A DNA stretch of 32,000 nt from Eubacteriales bacterium (GTDB taxonomy: Bacteria > Bacillota > Clostridia > Lachnospirales > WRAX01). The notes beneath the pieces are model-generated. The model made no database searches. It had not been told where the DNA came from and saw nothing but the letters and a program-made list of their open reading frames with translations. The stretch lies in NCBI GenBank assembly GCA_031550435.1, contig JAVBOO010000011.1, positions 1-32,000 on the forward strand, written 5' to 3'. Made by a program: the position numbers and the translations under genes. Below are positions 21,001 through 32,000 of the stretch, in pieces. Position 1 is the first letter of the stretch. Each line of letters opens with the position of its first letter.

Positions 21001-24000
21001 ACAGAACCCGGTACAATGTCGATACCCGTTTCCAGAGAAATAACACCGATGTTTTCCTTAAACTTAAATCCTGCGGGAAGATAATCATAAACCTTTCCGC
21101 CTTCGATATCTTTCAGAGCATCATTTGCGTTACCTACTGTCACTATCCAACCAAGATTAACATTTGATGTTAAAATCTTGTGTTCGGTTGTCTCCCAAGC
21201 TTCAGGCATACTCTCTTTTCCCGAAGGGATAAACTTTGCTTCCTTAAAGATACCGGGCTGAATATAAATATCGTGGTATTTAACATCAAAGTCAGCCTGA
21301 TAACGTACAGCCGACGAAGCGTCGTTATCCCAGTTGTTTCCGTCTTCGGAATCAAACATAGCCATGCCTTCGCCGCTCCTAAGCGTTACGGCTGCGTTGT
21401 CTTTGGTATAGAAAGCCGCGCTGTTGATATCACTGAATGTTCCGCCCTCTTCATGCAAGTGGTTTCTGGCAGCAGTTACATCAGTAAGCTTCGTGTAATA
21501 AGTCAATGTCACGGAAGCGGTCGCAGTGCTCGGTAAATTTATTGCGTTTTCAAATTCGAATGTCGCGTAACCGCCGGCAACCGTTACCCTGCTGCTTTCG
21601 AGTATATAATTCTGGTTACCCGGAACATTCGCAAACGTGACGAATACCTCTCTGGACAAGTCGACCGTTTCATAAACCGGAAGCTTATCTACTATCTTGG
21701 TTATCGGAAGAACCTTGTTTTTATCGTAATTTGTAACTATAACCGAATAAGCGCGGTAATAACTCGTAGAATTTGCGGGCTCCTCGGTCCAGCGTGTGAG
21801 CTGAATGTCGGTTATTCCTTTTTTGTTGTCTTCGGTAAGGTAGTTTATGTTATAAGACGATGAAGGCAATTTTATGGAAATACCGTTATTATTCTTAACT
21901 ATTCCGGCGAGAATGCTTGACTTTCTGGCTGCAACAGTCGAGCTCGAGGAAAAATAGTAGTAACCGTTCATCGAAGACGACACGTCCGTTCCGCCTACAC
22001 CCACTGCCTGACCTTTCTGATAAAACGCGTGCGATGTATTGGTCTTTGACTCATCCGTCGAACTTCCCGTGAAAAAGTCAGGCTGTATCTCGCATTCCAA
22101 TGTTACGATGATACTGTGCCCCATCGGCAGAGAATACCTCTTGTCATTCGTGGCATTGTCATTAGGATTGCCGTCAAAGGCCCATCTGTATGCCCTTGCA
22201 CTGGGGGTAAATAACCTGTTGTCTCCGGCGGTGGTAAACGGCACCCCGCCGTTAAGCTCAAACCTGCTCGTCAAATCCGCAACCTGGTTTTGGTTTTCGT
22301 CACAGTGTATAACCTTAAATCCTATAAGTTTTACTCCGACAGGGAAATCGTCGCCAAAGCCCGCTATTTTAGCGTCTTCCGCAGGCGTAATTCCTGTTTG
22401 GTTGTTGTTTGTCAGCTTTAAAGTAAAGTTAACTCTGTTGAGGTTAGGGTCAGACTCGGGAGTCTTATCCTCATAGTTTACCTTTTTAATCGCATCGTCA
22501 GCCGGATTTACATACTGCGTTGTTTTCGTAATCTGAATTATCGGAAGTAACGGGACAACCGTAATTTCGCAGCTTCCTTCAGCGCCGGTCGTCGGGTTTT
22601 CTCCGGTACCGCCGCCACCGCCGCCTGGGCCGGGGCCGTAACCCGTTCTGTCATAAACGATAAATGTATTCTTGATTGTTATGCCGCCTGCGGGAGCATT
22701 GTAAATAGCGCCCCTGTAAAGTACGTTAATTTCTGTTCCCGGTGCGAAGCTGACCGTATTGGTTATACCAATAACTATCCTGAGCGTTCCGGTTGAAGGA
22801 TCGTCGGTGGCAATATAGTCCGCGGAGGGAAGCGTAACAAAGCTTGAACTTCCTTTAACTTTGTATTTAATCGTTACCTCCGGGGCTCCGGGATTAATCA
22901 GTTTCAAATGCGCCTTATCGTATTTGTCGACTATAATCGGATTATTGAGACTCATAGGCGTAGAGTTTGCCGGTTCGTCTACTTTAATAATCTGGGTGTA
23001 TTCTACTATGTCCCCGTTAAAGAAAACCGTTTTAGCGGTGGCATCGGAAACACCCTTGTCTTTCAGTGTTTTATTGATTGCAACTTTACCGTTAGAAACC
23101 TGAGGATATCTGAACTCATGGAAGGCTACACCGGCATATGCAAAATTGCCCAAATCGCTATAAATCTCTTCGTGAGTCAGTTCCTGCCCGTCTTTGCTGT
23201 ATTTATACTCGTAGGAAACGCCGGCATAGTTGTCAAAAGACTTTTCGTTTGTTCCCGGAGGACAGGTAAATGCAGGGTTTGTTTCAAATACCAGGTATAT
23301 GAACTCGCCGTCATCATGGGTAAAGCCCTTTGTAACTTTAACTCCTATATCGTTCGCCTTATCGCAGAACACGAAATCAATGCTTGTAATCTTCGTGATA
23401 TCAACGCCGGCAATTTGGGAAAGATCAACAAGCTTTTTGGCTGCTTTCTCTTCCGCGCTCGGATTCACCAACCCGTTGTAAGGATTGAACGGAACCTCTA
23501 TAACGACTCTTACGCCGCCCATATTGATGTTAACGTTATATTTTTCCGTGGTAAAAGCCGAAAATACAGGAAGATATAAAAGCGTCGGGTGCATTTCGGA
23601 ATTGTTCCAACCGTAATCCGTTACGGAGAATTTATCCGCAGCGTTGTCCTGGTTATACTTGAACTCAGCAACGGCAAAAACAGCCGTCCTGTAATTAACG
23701 CCGTACTTACTGGTTTGATCGATTAACGAGTCAGGGTACATGTTTGTAACCCAACTTCTGTCCATGTTGACTTTTTTAATATGGCTGCTGCCGTTTAAAA
23801 CAGTTTCTTCGGCCGGACCGTCGGTAGCTCTCTTAATAATGAACTCGTTTTGGCCTTCGAGCATAGCTCGAAGTTGACCGTCTATAGCCGAAAGCGAGCT
23901 GCCGACATAGCTGAATTCACTTCCAGCTTCGCCCGTAACCAGCCGCGTCGAAATATGCTGCTCGGAGTTGGGTGCCAGAACTAAAGGATTATAATTAATT

Positions 24001-24971
24001 TCTAAGCGAAACTCTTCTGTATATTGAGGAAGCTCCGCGCTTGTATCAGAAGAAGTTCTTATATACTCATATATAAGAATATATCCTTCCGAGGCGTTGC
24101 CGCTTATAATGACTTTCGCAAGTTCTCCCTCGGAAAGGCCGCTTAAAGTCCAGTCTGTGCCGTAAGTGCCGAATTCTTTAGGAACTCTTAGCTCCGCTGC
24201 CATTCTGATCTCCGAAGCAAACTCCGTTCCGGTCTTAATGGGAGGATTAATACGGTTGTTTACAGCGTGGTACGTAAAACATACCTTGCCCGTGGTATCC
24301 GTGAATAAATGATTTATAACTCCCGAAGATGTCTTATCTATATGCGAATTCCACTCAAGCTTTGCGGTCGCTCCAAAAAACGCTTTTGCCGTATCGGAGT
24401 CATCGGGTAATTTCGGCAGTGATGTATCGCCGTATTCAACACCGTTGTAGAAAGTCCATGCTTTGAGCTGGCGCTCGAACCCGTTCTCGGTTGTTCCGTT
24501 TGGCGCCATTAACAAGAAGGATAAGCCCAGCTGTCCGCCGAATTCCGTACCGCCGCTCATCAGGTCTTCCTGTGTTATTTCGTGAATTGTAATGCTATAA
24601 ATACGAGTCTGCTCGTCAAATGAGAACGACACGCCGTCCATTGAAATACCCGTTGGTATTATACCCTCCGGAATATAAACGCGAAACGTAAGGTCAACGA
24701 ATTTTTCGTCTGCCGCTACGTTCGAAACGCCTACATTCAGGAGAGCCTGACAAGTTTCTCCGCTTTCAAAATATGTAGGAACTTGCTCGTCTCCGACAAG
24801 CTTAACACCTTTTACGTCAAGCTTTTGGATTACTACCATATTAGGAGTTAATGCTGTAATCATTTTGTGGCTGTCTGCTTTGACGGAAAGGTTGATGCCC
24901 TGTGCCGTTAAAATCAAGGCCAGCGCCAACGCAATCATCTTTAATGGATTTTTAATGATAATCCCTCCCAA
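18009..24971 (-). CDS. 2320-aa cell-surface adhesin with signal peptide, DUF11-like and beta-sandwich regions, five Cna-B/SpaA (prealbumin-fold) repeats, a Pro/Thr stalk and a sortase-type C-terminal anchor
   Basis: N-terminal KMIALALALILTAQG...VKA signal. There are five repeats of the pattern G.(I/V).L.K.D......L.GA.F.(I/L)........G.Y.L.E..AP.GY.L. The stalk is TTEEPGTEEPTTPPTTTSAPTTEPTTPTTP. The C-terminal KPNPRTAD is followed by a hydrophobic helix and KKRVKTEKK. The start is uncertain: TTG 24971, or ATG 24938. Confidence 0.85.
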   Translation of the reverse strand: MGGIIIKNPLKMIALALALILTAQGINLSVKADSHKMITALTPNMVVIQKLDVKGVKLVGDEQVPTYFESGETCQALLNVGVSNVAADEKFVDLTFRVYIPEGIIPTGISMDGVSFSFDEQTRIYSITIHEITQEDLMSGGTEFGGQLGLSFLLMAPNGTTENGFERQLKAWTFYNGVEYGDTSLPKLPDDSDTAKAFFGATAKLEWNSHIDKTSSGVINHLFTDTTGKVCFTYHAVNNRINPPIKTGTEFASEIRMAAELRVPKEFGTYGTDWTLSGLSEGELAKVIISGNASEGYILIYEYIRTSSDTSAELPQYTEEFRLEINYNPLVLAPNSEQHISTRLVTGEAGSEFSYVGSSLSAIDGQLRAMLEGQNEFIIKRATDGPAEETVLNGSSHIKKVNMDRSWVTNMYPDSLIDQTSKYGVNYRTAVFAVAEFKYNQDNAADKFSVTDYGWNNSEMHPTLLYLPVFSAFTTEKYNVNINMGGVRVVIEVPFNPYNGLVNPSAEEKAAKKLVDLSQIAGVDITKITSIDFVFCDKANDIGVKVTKGFTHDDGEFIYLVFETNPAFTCPPGTNEKSFDNYAGVSYEYKYSKDGQELTHEEIYSDLGNFAYAGVAFHEFRYPQVSNGKVAINKTLKDKGVSDATAKTVFFNGDIVEYTQIIKVDEPANSTPMSLNNPIIVDKYDKAHLKLINPGAPEVTIKYKVKGSSSFVTLPSADYIATDDPSTGTLRIVIGITNTVSFAPGTEINVLYRGAIYNAPAGGITIKNTFIVYDRTGYGPGPGGGGGGTGENPTTGAEGSCEITVVPLLPIIQITKTTQYVNPADDAIKKVNYEDKTPESDPNLNRVNFTLKLTNNNQTGITPAEDAKIAGFGDDFPVGVKLIGFKVIHCDENQNQVADLTSRFELNGGVPFTTAGDNRLFTPSARAYRWAFDGNPNDNATNDKRYSLPMGHSIIVTLECEIQPDFFTGSSTDESKTNTSHAFYQKGQAVGVGGTDVSSSMNGYYYFSSSSTVAARKSSILAGIVKNNNGISIKLPSSSYNINYLTEDNKKGITDIQLTRWTEEPANSTSYYRAYSVIVTNYDKNKVLPITKIVDKLPVYETVDLSREVFVTFANVPGNQNYILESSRVTVAGGYATFEFENAINLPSTATASVTLTYYTKLTDVTAARNHLHEEGGTFSDINSAAFYTKDNAAVTLRSGEGMAMFDSEDGNNWDNDASSAVRYQADFDVKYHDIYIQPGIFKEAKFIPSGKESMPEAWETTEHKILTSNVNLGWIVTVGNANDALKDIEGGKVYDYLPAGFKFKENIGVISLETGIDIVPGSVKMTMVEGRQLVSWELTRSSIIRRGVKVSFAFVSTTPQALAEYDNDVYFVPVNDMKYFFSGKIDTNYATDYIAADGEDNVTEQNCVHNVATVAVLGQFMAKSLKTVYDEADPANKATPTEHGGYITVKAENFYGPGESPAQAGTGKYYYTLYVQNKSDYIFSNLVIIDKLPFVGDTSTVDHQNLRLSRFNAELLGVDMTYGNADKISKVEFAKVTVGSQEFSSLDWKGTTGAGTQAWHEGMQPGDNAVRLILQPDFKVDKGESIEFKINAKVPESASDGSIAWNTFGYAGSAKSRTTGTTDELKPVGPAKVGVRAVNFVGDIQLIKYDSRLYSETGDNTGAIIAGAKFKIFREEEGQYVPFNIEAPVQVTGADCVGNELTLTTGKLTLSNLPPGKYKLVETQAPEGYILPADESKRTYEFEAGGTKAVVLTALNAPSQVEIEKKDSVTGAELIGAEFELYDSNNQKVTMKYTDKEGNDVSSETLVFDRGKMTVYNLKDGVYKLVETKAPAGYVLENKTVSFKMDNGVVTFMTGEGEEGDTVTVITVTNKASEFELYKIDVDSKALLDGAIFRVWKKVNGQFVQAQIDNIKVVGGKVTVTGFGDGEYGLQEIAAPDGYILPVNEDENGKPLFAVTFTLVNGEIKTINGEAYVKPEGEKQSITVTNKVGQVTLKKVETGTDKTLEGAKFKLYKIVGGVPTQMTNIKVNGVVVPDGIIVTPEGGAVTITGLANGSYYFEEFEAPGDYVIKIERYNFTIDGKATDPIVIKAENDALLREIHINKKDKVTSVLLKGAVFEIRRDSDNFLMDTITTDANGYAFSRKAYLLGVKYKIVEIVAPLGYIRLSSPIYFTFVLPMESAYKYTYTIDNEPEIIITEPPTTEEPGTEEPTTPPTTTSAPTTEPTTPTTPDIPEEFEPTDDGEYTYIDDEGEPQGNVVIVPNPDGSVDIVLVPEDVPSGKPNPRTADISPSFYLTGAAVSMLFVLTLSYLDAKKRVKTEKK

Positions 24972-25746
24972 TTCAAATTTGGTTTTTCTCGGATCGGAAA
25001 TGTCTATGATGTGTAAATATGTATCGGAGAAAAACGCACTTTGTATTACATATCTTTATTAGCTGCGGCACTCAATAGAAACAGGTTGCCCGCGTAGTAA
25101 TTATACATTGATGCACAAAAAAAAGCAATTCAAAAAATTTACAGCATTTTCAGAATTTTTCGTTGTATTTAACACTAACAGTTTTTGGAATAAAATTTAT
25201 GAGAAAACCACAAAAATTATTCTTCTGCCCATAACCCTTAAATTTCGGCATTTTCTTCGTCAAAACACGCATAATCTCCATCATCGCTCAAGTACTTATC
25301 CAAGCATTTTTACTAAATTTGCCACATTATTTTTGTTATAATTTACTAAATCTTAATGTTTGCCGGCTAATGATTTCCATTTATTTATTACCAAATCGTA
25401 ACTAAAATGAAACTAAACTGTAATCATTATAATTTTTAGCGAATACAAATTCACCTCCCGCGTTTTCTCATAAAGCAAGCGAAGGTTTAAAAACGTTGCC
25501 GAATAATCCGCGAACAAATCTGCTACTCTTTAATTATTACTTCGGCGGCAATAAGTAAACGCTGTTTTCCCTCGAGGATACCTCGCCGGTATATTCCCTT
25601 TTGCCGAGCAGTGTGACAGTTTTATCCTCGGCTGCCCCGCCGCGCTTGAAACCTTCCCGGCCTCCAACGACAACTTTATCATGGCAAAGCCGGGAAAATG
25701 CTTGCCGGCATACCTCTATGCTAACATTTTTTCAAATTCCGCCCAA

Positions 25747-25781
25747 AATCTATTTTAATCTCGTTTGTAGTGTGGTATAAT
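25747..25781 (+). promoter_or_regulatory. gyrB promoter with an extended -10 (TGgTATAAT)
   Basis: TG at 25773-25774 and TATAAT at 25776-25781. The -35 (TTTAAT) is weak. Confidence 0.45.
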
Positions 25782-25791
25782 ACAAATATAA

Positions 25792-27792
<2,001 letters not shown>

Positions 27793-27840
27793 CCGAAGCA
27801 ATGTTTTTCGAACTTTTAGGCACTTTATTAGGAGACAGGT

Positions 27841-30450
27841 ATGAACGAAAACAAAGGCATTCAGCTTGTAAGAATAGAAGAGGAAGTCAAGAAGGCGTTT
27901 CTTGATTACTCGATGAGCGTTATAGTTGCCCGCGCTCTTCCCGATGTAAGAGACGGTTTAAAACCCGTTCACCGCAGGATACTTCACGCCATGAACGAAC
28001 TTAAGCTTGACCCTTCGAAGGGCTATAGAAAATGCGCCAAAATCGTCGGCGAAACGATGGGTAACTATCATCCGCACGGCGAATCTTCGATATACGACGC
28101 TCTTGTCCGTATGGCGCAGGATTTCTCTATCAGGTACATGCTCGTTGACGGTCACGGCAACTTCGGCTCGCTTGACGGAGACGGGGCCGCCGCCCAGCGT
28201 TACACAGAGGCAAAGCTTTCGAAAATTTCTATGGAGCTTCTGTCAGACATTGATAAAGACACCGTAGATTTCGTTCCGAACTATGACGAAACCGACAAAG
28301 AACCGACCGTACTACCCTCCCGTTTCCCGAACCTTCTTGTAAACGGTTCTGTCGGAATAGCGGTCGGAATGGCGACAAATATACCTCCGCACAACCTTTC
28401 GGAGTCGATAGACGGCCTTGTCAGAATAATCGACAACAGAGTCAACGAAAACAGAGAAACCGATGTGAACGAACTGCTCACCCTTATCAAAGGACCGGAC
28501 TTCCCGACCGGCGCGAACATACTCGGCACATCAGGTATACACCGCGCCTACCGTACCGGGAGAGGCAAAATTCTTGTCCGCTCCGATGCGGTTATAGAGC
28601 CGATGGGACATGGCAGAGAAATGATAGTCGTAACTTCTATACCTTACCAAGTCAATAAAGCCAAGCTCATCGAAAAAATAGCCGACCTCGTCAAGGAAAA
28701 GAAAGTTGAAGGTATACAGGACCTGCGCGACGAATCGAACCGCGAAGGCATCAGAATCGTTATTGAGCTTAAAAAAGACACGAACGCGAACGTTGTCCTT
28801 AACAATCTCTACAAATATTCTCAGCTCCAGGAAAGCTACGGAATAAACCTTCTTGCGCTGTCAAAAAACAAGCCGAAACTGTTTACACTTTCGGAACTGC
28901 TGACGGAATACCTCGACCACCGTAAGGAAGTTACAACCAGACGCACTCAGTTTGAGCTGAACAAGGCTTTAAAACGCGCGCATATAGTTGAGGGCTTTTT
29001 GATTGCGCTTGACCATATCGACGAGATAATATCTATTATCCGGGCAAACCGCGAAATTTCCCGCTCAAAGGAGATAATCAGCGAGCGTTTCGGTCTCTCG
29101 CCGGAACAGGCGGACGCAATCGTAGAAATGCGCCTGCGTGCGCTGTCCGGTCTCGAAAGAGAGAAGCTCGAAGCCGAATACAATGAACTGCTCGCACTTA
29201 TAGACGAGTGCAGAGCAATACTGACAGACGAGACAAAACTCTATAGCGTTATCAGAGCCGAGCTTATCGCAGTGAAGACAAAATTCGGTGACGAGCGCAG
29301 AACAAAAATCGTACGCTACGAAGGAGAAATTAACGACGAAGATCTGATAGAAGAAGATATGTGCGTAATAACGCTCTCGCAGTACGACTACATCAAGCGC
29401 ATATCTCTCTCGGAATATAAAAGCCAAAACAGAGGCGGAAAAGGAATCATCGGCGTTACTATGCGTGACGAAGACGATATCAAGCGCATGTTCCTCGCCC
29501 ATTCCCATGACTATGTGCTTTTCTTTACAAACAAGGGCAGAGTCTACCGCATTAAGGCTTACGAAATTCCCGAAGCCGGCAGAACCGCTAAAGGCATGGC
29601 GCTTGTCAATCTTCTCAGGCTCAGTTCCGATGAAAAGATTGCGGCAGCAATTCCGATTGCCGATAAGGGCGGCGATGCAAAAGAATCGGAAAACGATGAC
29701 GAGTTTGATACAGACGAGACAACCGGCGATTACCTCATCATGGTATCCAAAAACGGCATAATAAAGAAAACATTGCTCGATCGCTACGCAAACATCAGAA
29801 GCAAGGGTTTGACGGCGCTGAATATCCGCGAAGGCGACGAACTCATCGCCGTGCTTCAAACAGACGGCCGGTCTGATGTAATGATTGCCACAGGCAACGG
29901 AACAGGCATACGTTTCTCCGAGAAAGACGTGCGCCCGACAGGGCGTTCGGCATCCGGCGTAAAAGGCATCGAACTCAGCGAAGGCGATATAGTCATCGGT
30001 GCGGTCAAGGTTGAGCACGGTCAAAAGATTTTGTCAGTTTCGTCGGGCGGTTACGGCAAATGTACCGAGGCTGACGAGTTTAGAACTCAGAGCCGCTCCG
30101 GAAAAGGCGTGAAAATTTATCGAACAACCGAGAAAACCGGCCGACTTGTCGGTATATGCGTTGCAAATGACAAGCAGGAGCTGATGCTTATAAACTCGCT
30201 CGGCGTAATAATTCGTATAAGAATTGCCGATATCTCGACGACGGGCCGAGTCGCCTCGGGAGTCAAACTGATAAACCTTGACGAAGGCGTGAGCGTTGTA
30301 GCTTTGGCCAAAATCGAGGAAGACTATGTGGATTCGGATGAAACCGAGGAAGCTTTAGCCGAAGTAACCGATAATGAATCAACCGATTCAGCGACTGCGG
30401 AGCAAGAAGAAAGCATTGCGGAAGAGGAGCATAAAAACGAAGACATATAA
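27841..30450 (+). CDS. gyrA: DNA gyrase subunit A
   Basis: 869 aa. It has ALPDVRDGLKPVHRRIL, a QRDR-like region GNYHPHGESSIYDALVRMAQ, the active-site region AAQRYTEAKL, C-terminal beta-pinwheel repeats, and an acidic tail. Confidence 0.95.
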   Translation: MNENKGIQLVRIEEEVKKAFLDYSMSVIVARALPDVRDGLKPVHRRILHAMNELKLDPSKGYRKCAKIVGETMGNYHPHGESSIYDALVRMAQDFSIRYMLVDGHGNFGSLDGDGAAAQRYTEAKLSKISMELLSDIDKDTVDFVPNYDETDKEPTVLPSRFPNLLVNGSVGIAVGMATNIPPHNLSESIDGLVRIIDNRVNENRETDVNELLTLIKGPDFPTGANILGTSGIHRAYRTGRGKILVRSDAVIEPMGHGREMIVVTSIPYQVNKAKLIEKIADLVKEKKVEGIQDLRDESNREGIRIVIELKKDTNANVVLNNLYKYSQLQESYGINLLALSKNKPKLFTLSELLTEYLDHRKEVTTRRTQFELNKALKRAHIVEGFLIALDHIDEIISIIRANREISRSKEIISERFGLSPEQADAIVEMRLRALSGLEREKLEAEYNELLALIDECRAILTDETKLYSVIRAELIAVKTKFGDERRTKIVRYEGEINDEDLIEEDMCVITLSQYDYIKRISLSEYKSQNRGGKGIIGVTMRDEDDIKRMFLAHSHDYVLFFTNKGRVYRIKAYEIPEAGRTAKGMALVNLLRLSSDEKIAAAIPIADKGGDAKESENDDEFDTDETTGDYLIMVSKNGIIKKTLLDRYANIRSKGLTALNIREGDELIAVLQTDGRSDVMIATGNGTGIRFSEKDVRPTGRSASGVKGIELSEGDIVIGAVKVEHGQKILSVSSGGYGKCTEADEFRTQSRSGKGVKIYRTTEKTGRLVGICVANDKQELMLINSLGVIIRIRIADISTTGRVASGVKLINLDEGVSVVALAKIEEDYVDSDETEEALAEVTDNESTDSATAEQEESIAEEEHKNEDI

Positions 30451-30476
30451 ACGTTTAGCCTGAAACCCCAGTAAAT

Positions 30477-30520
30477 AAAAGGCCGCCGGATTATTCTTTC
30501 AAATAGTCCGAGCGGCCTTT
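30477..30520. terminator. bidirectional terminator between the convergent gyrA and M56 genes
   Basis: AAAAGGCCGC (30477-30486) ... GCGGCCTTT (30512-30520). Confidence 0.6.
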
Positions 30521-30571
30521 CCGTATCTCCGTACACAGCGGCAACCGGTGAAGCGTATTTTCGGTTGCCCT

Positions 30572-32000
30572 TTATCTGTTCTCGATTATCGTTAATGTTC
30601 CCATATCAACGCTTATATCCAGCACAGTGTCTCCGCTGCCGTGCGTACTGCCGAAACTCGACTTGACCGGCACGTTCCAGCCTTTCGGGAGGTTTGCCGA
30701 ACTCATTGTAACCTCCAGCTTAACGGTCAGATAATCTGCCGGCTTTTTGAACGTCAGCTTTATGTTACCCATATTATCGATTACAGACGAGTTTCCGAGT
30801 ATCGTCCCGATATTCATCATCGTACTGCCCATATCGCCCTTGTATGTCAACTTTTCCGCCGACTCTATGTCGATAAACATTGAAGACATAGAACTTTCGA
30901 TATCCATACTTTTAAACATGTTTCCGGTCACAGAATCTGCCGCCATTGCGCTTTTGTAAACAAAGTTATCCGCTTTAAGCCCGCAGATGCTTGCGTGACC
31001 CATCGAGTTTTTAATTATTACATCAGAAAAATCGTTTAGGCTTTCGGGCACAAAAACTTTGATTAATCTGGGCTCAAAAGACAAATCATAGGATGTCTGA
31101 ATACTCGGTTTCGCGATAAACGTGACTTTTGTGCCGTTATCGCTGAATGTATAGGTATACGGTGTCGAATAGTCCTCCTTATCGTATACCTCCGCTCTCA
31201 GCGTTTTTTCGTTTGTGTATTCAAAGCATACATACATGCCCTTCACGTCAATAACCAGACTGTCCGGGTTTGTCACCTCGCTGTCAAGCCCGGTAACATT
31301 CGGAAGTTTTTCCTTCAGCTCGTCAAACGTCATATTCTTTTGAAAAGCGTTGACCCAGAACCCTCCGTTTGTATTAATGATTTCTCCCGCGCTTCGTTTC
31401 ATCTCGTCAAGCAGCTGCCTGCCCATATCCGTATAGGGATCGCTGCTCGCAGCATCGGTAGTTTGTGCCGGTTCGTCCCGCTCCGCCTGTTCCGTCTCGG
31501 CAATCCTAGGGGCATCCGTCTTTCTGCTTTCTTGCTCCAAAGCGGTTAGTTTATCGCTCAAGCTGTTATTCTCCGCAGCCAGCGTGAAAAAACCGACCGA
31601 GAGCATAACAAGAATTACGGTTGATATAATTGCGAATACGCGTGTAAAATTCCTTCCGTTCAAAATTGTCTCCACCCTTCTGTAGAAATTGCTTTTGCCA
31701 AACGTCAGCCCGGCTGCAAAGCTTCTTTTGTAGTGCTTCGCGACATGCACCAGCGTTTGCGCGTATTCCGTCTTCTTTTCGGAATCTGAACCCTTTGTTA
31801 AAGCATAGTCGCAGTCGAACTCCATCGCCTCGTCAAGTTTTGAGGTGAAATACCAGACAAAAGGATTAAACCAGTTAAAAATATTGATAAAAAAAGCAAT
31901 AAACTTGATTACATAATGCCTGCGCTTTATGTGAACCGCTTCGTGTGTCAATGCGAAACGAAGCTCGCATTCGCTCATTTCGCTGGAAAGTCTTGCCGGG
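30572..32000 (-). CDS. M56-family (BlaR1/MecR1-like) metallopeptidase signal transducer, N-terminus outside the window, with a non-PBP extracellular C-terminal domain
   Basis: The frame remains open to the window edge. It has LTHEAVHIKRRH (HEXXH) followed by TM helices, then a linker, a TM helix, and a ~330-aa beta-rich domain. Confidence 0.7.
   Translation of the reverse strand, partial: PARLSSEMSECELRFALTHEAVHIKRRHYVIKFIAFFINIFNWFNPFVWYFTSKLDEAMEFDCDYALTKGSDSEKKTEYAQTLVHVAKHYKRSFAAGLTFGKSNFYRRVETILNGRNFTRVFAIISTVILVMLSVGFFTLAAENNSLSDKLTALEQESRKTDAPRIAETEQAERDEPAQTTDAASSDPYTDMGRQLLDEMKRSAGEIINTNGGFWVNAFQKNMTFDELKEKLPNVTGLDSEVTNPDSLVIDVKGMYVCFEYTNEKTLRAEVYDKEDYSTPYTYTFSDNGTKVTFIAKPSIQTSYDLSFEPRLIKVFVPESLNDFSDVIIKNSMGHASICGLKADNFVYKSAMAADSVTGNMFKSMDIESSMSSMFIDIESAEKLTYKGDMGSTMMNIGTILGNSSVIDNMGNIKLTFKKPADYLTVKLEVTMSSANLPKGWNVPVKSSFGSTHGSGDTVLDISVDMGTLTIIENR

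Noticed and set aside
22600-22640. GC-rich CCGCCACCGCCGCC run inside the adhesin gene, considered as a phase-variable simple repeat.
   Set aside because: It is an imperfect, codon-level Gly/Pro run (GPGPGGGGGGTG), not a homopolymer or a perfect short tandem repeat. There is no evidence of slippage-prone structure.
25537-25731. S4-domain-like open frame on the minus strand upstream of gyrB.
   Set aside because: It has no ATG, GTG or TTG start in frame. The similarity is only a loose V.V.G....K.G pattern, and the orientation is opposite to the usual operon. At most it is a pseudogene remnant, so I did not call it as a feature.

Overview
This is a chromosomal window that looks Firmicutes or Clostridia-like; the taxon is inferred only from gene content and strong GGAGG-type ribosome-binding sites. 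All work was done by eye and hand translation, so every family assignment needs an HMM or BLAST check.

(1) 1-5.7 kb, + strand: the distal arm of a prophage. In order it holds:
- the end of a Big_2 tail protein, a small ORF and a holin
- a 1.8-kb accessory insertion that splits the lysis cassette; it carries a 27-aa Hol-Tox-like peptide too short for the ORF track, plus an orphan ImmA/IrrE metalloprotease translationally coupled to a 2-TM protein
- an amidase endolysin
- a Panacea (DUF4065) antitoxin-type gene overlapping a small TM toxin candidate
- a 629-nt ORF-poor, hairpin-rich gap
- TGACTAC arm-like direct repeats
- tRNA-Lys(CUU) on the minus strand, the probable attR

(2) 5.9-17.9 kb, minus strand: a phage head and proximal-tail module. 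It contains terL, portal, scaffold, P22-type coat, connectors, major tail protein, and a chaperone with a likely -1 frameshift. The module stops abruptly with no tape measure, tail tip or lysis genes. Upstream of it lie a DUF1492 late regulator and Zn-ribbon proteins. The slot where terS is expected holds a radical-SAM/DUF4130 putative DNA modification/repair pair. That pair is driven by a perfect consensus promoter overlapped by a LexA-box-like palindrome.

Only this 12-kb stretch carries two families of structured repeats, at 7 loci. Module A is about 108 bp and MITE-like, with TIRs and TA flanks. Module B is about 160 bp and multi-hairpin, with compensatory substitutions. One A copy is nested inside a B copy.

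(3) 18-32 kb: a 2320-aa surface adhesin with five Cna-B/SpaA repeats and a non-canonical NPRTA sorting signal, then gyrB, gyrA, and a partial M56 (BlaR1-like) peptidase.

The most interesting candidates are the ImmA-2TM operon and type I TA inside the lysis cassette, the PanA-TM pair, the phage-embedded SOS-box radical-SAM pair, and the A/B repeat system that sits at the truncation junction of the structural module.
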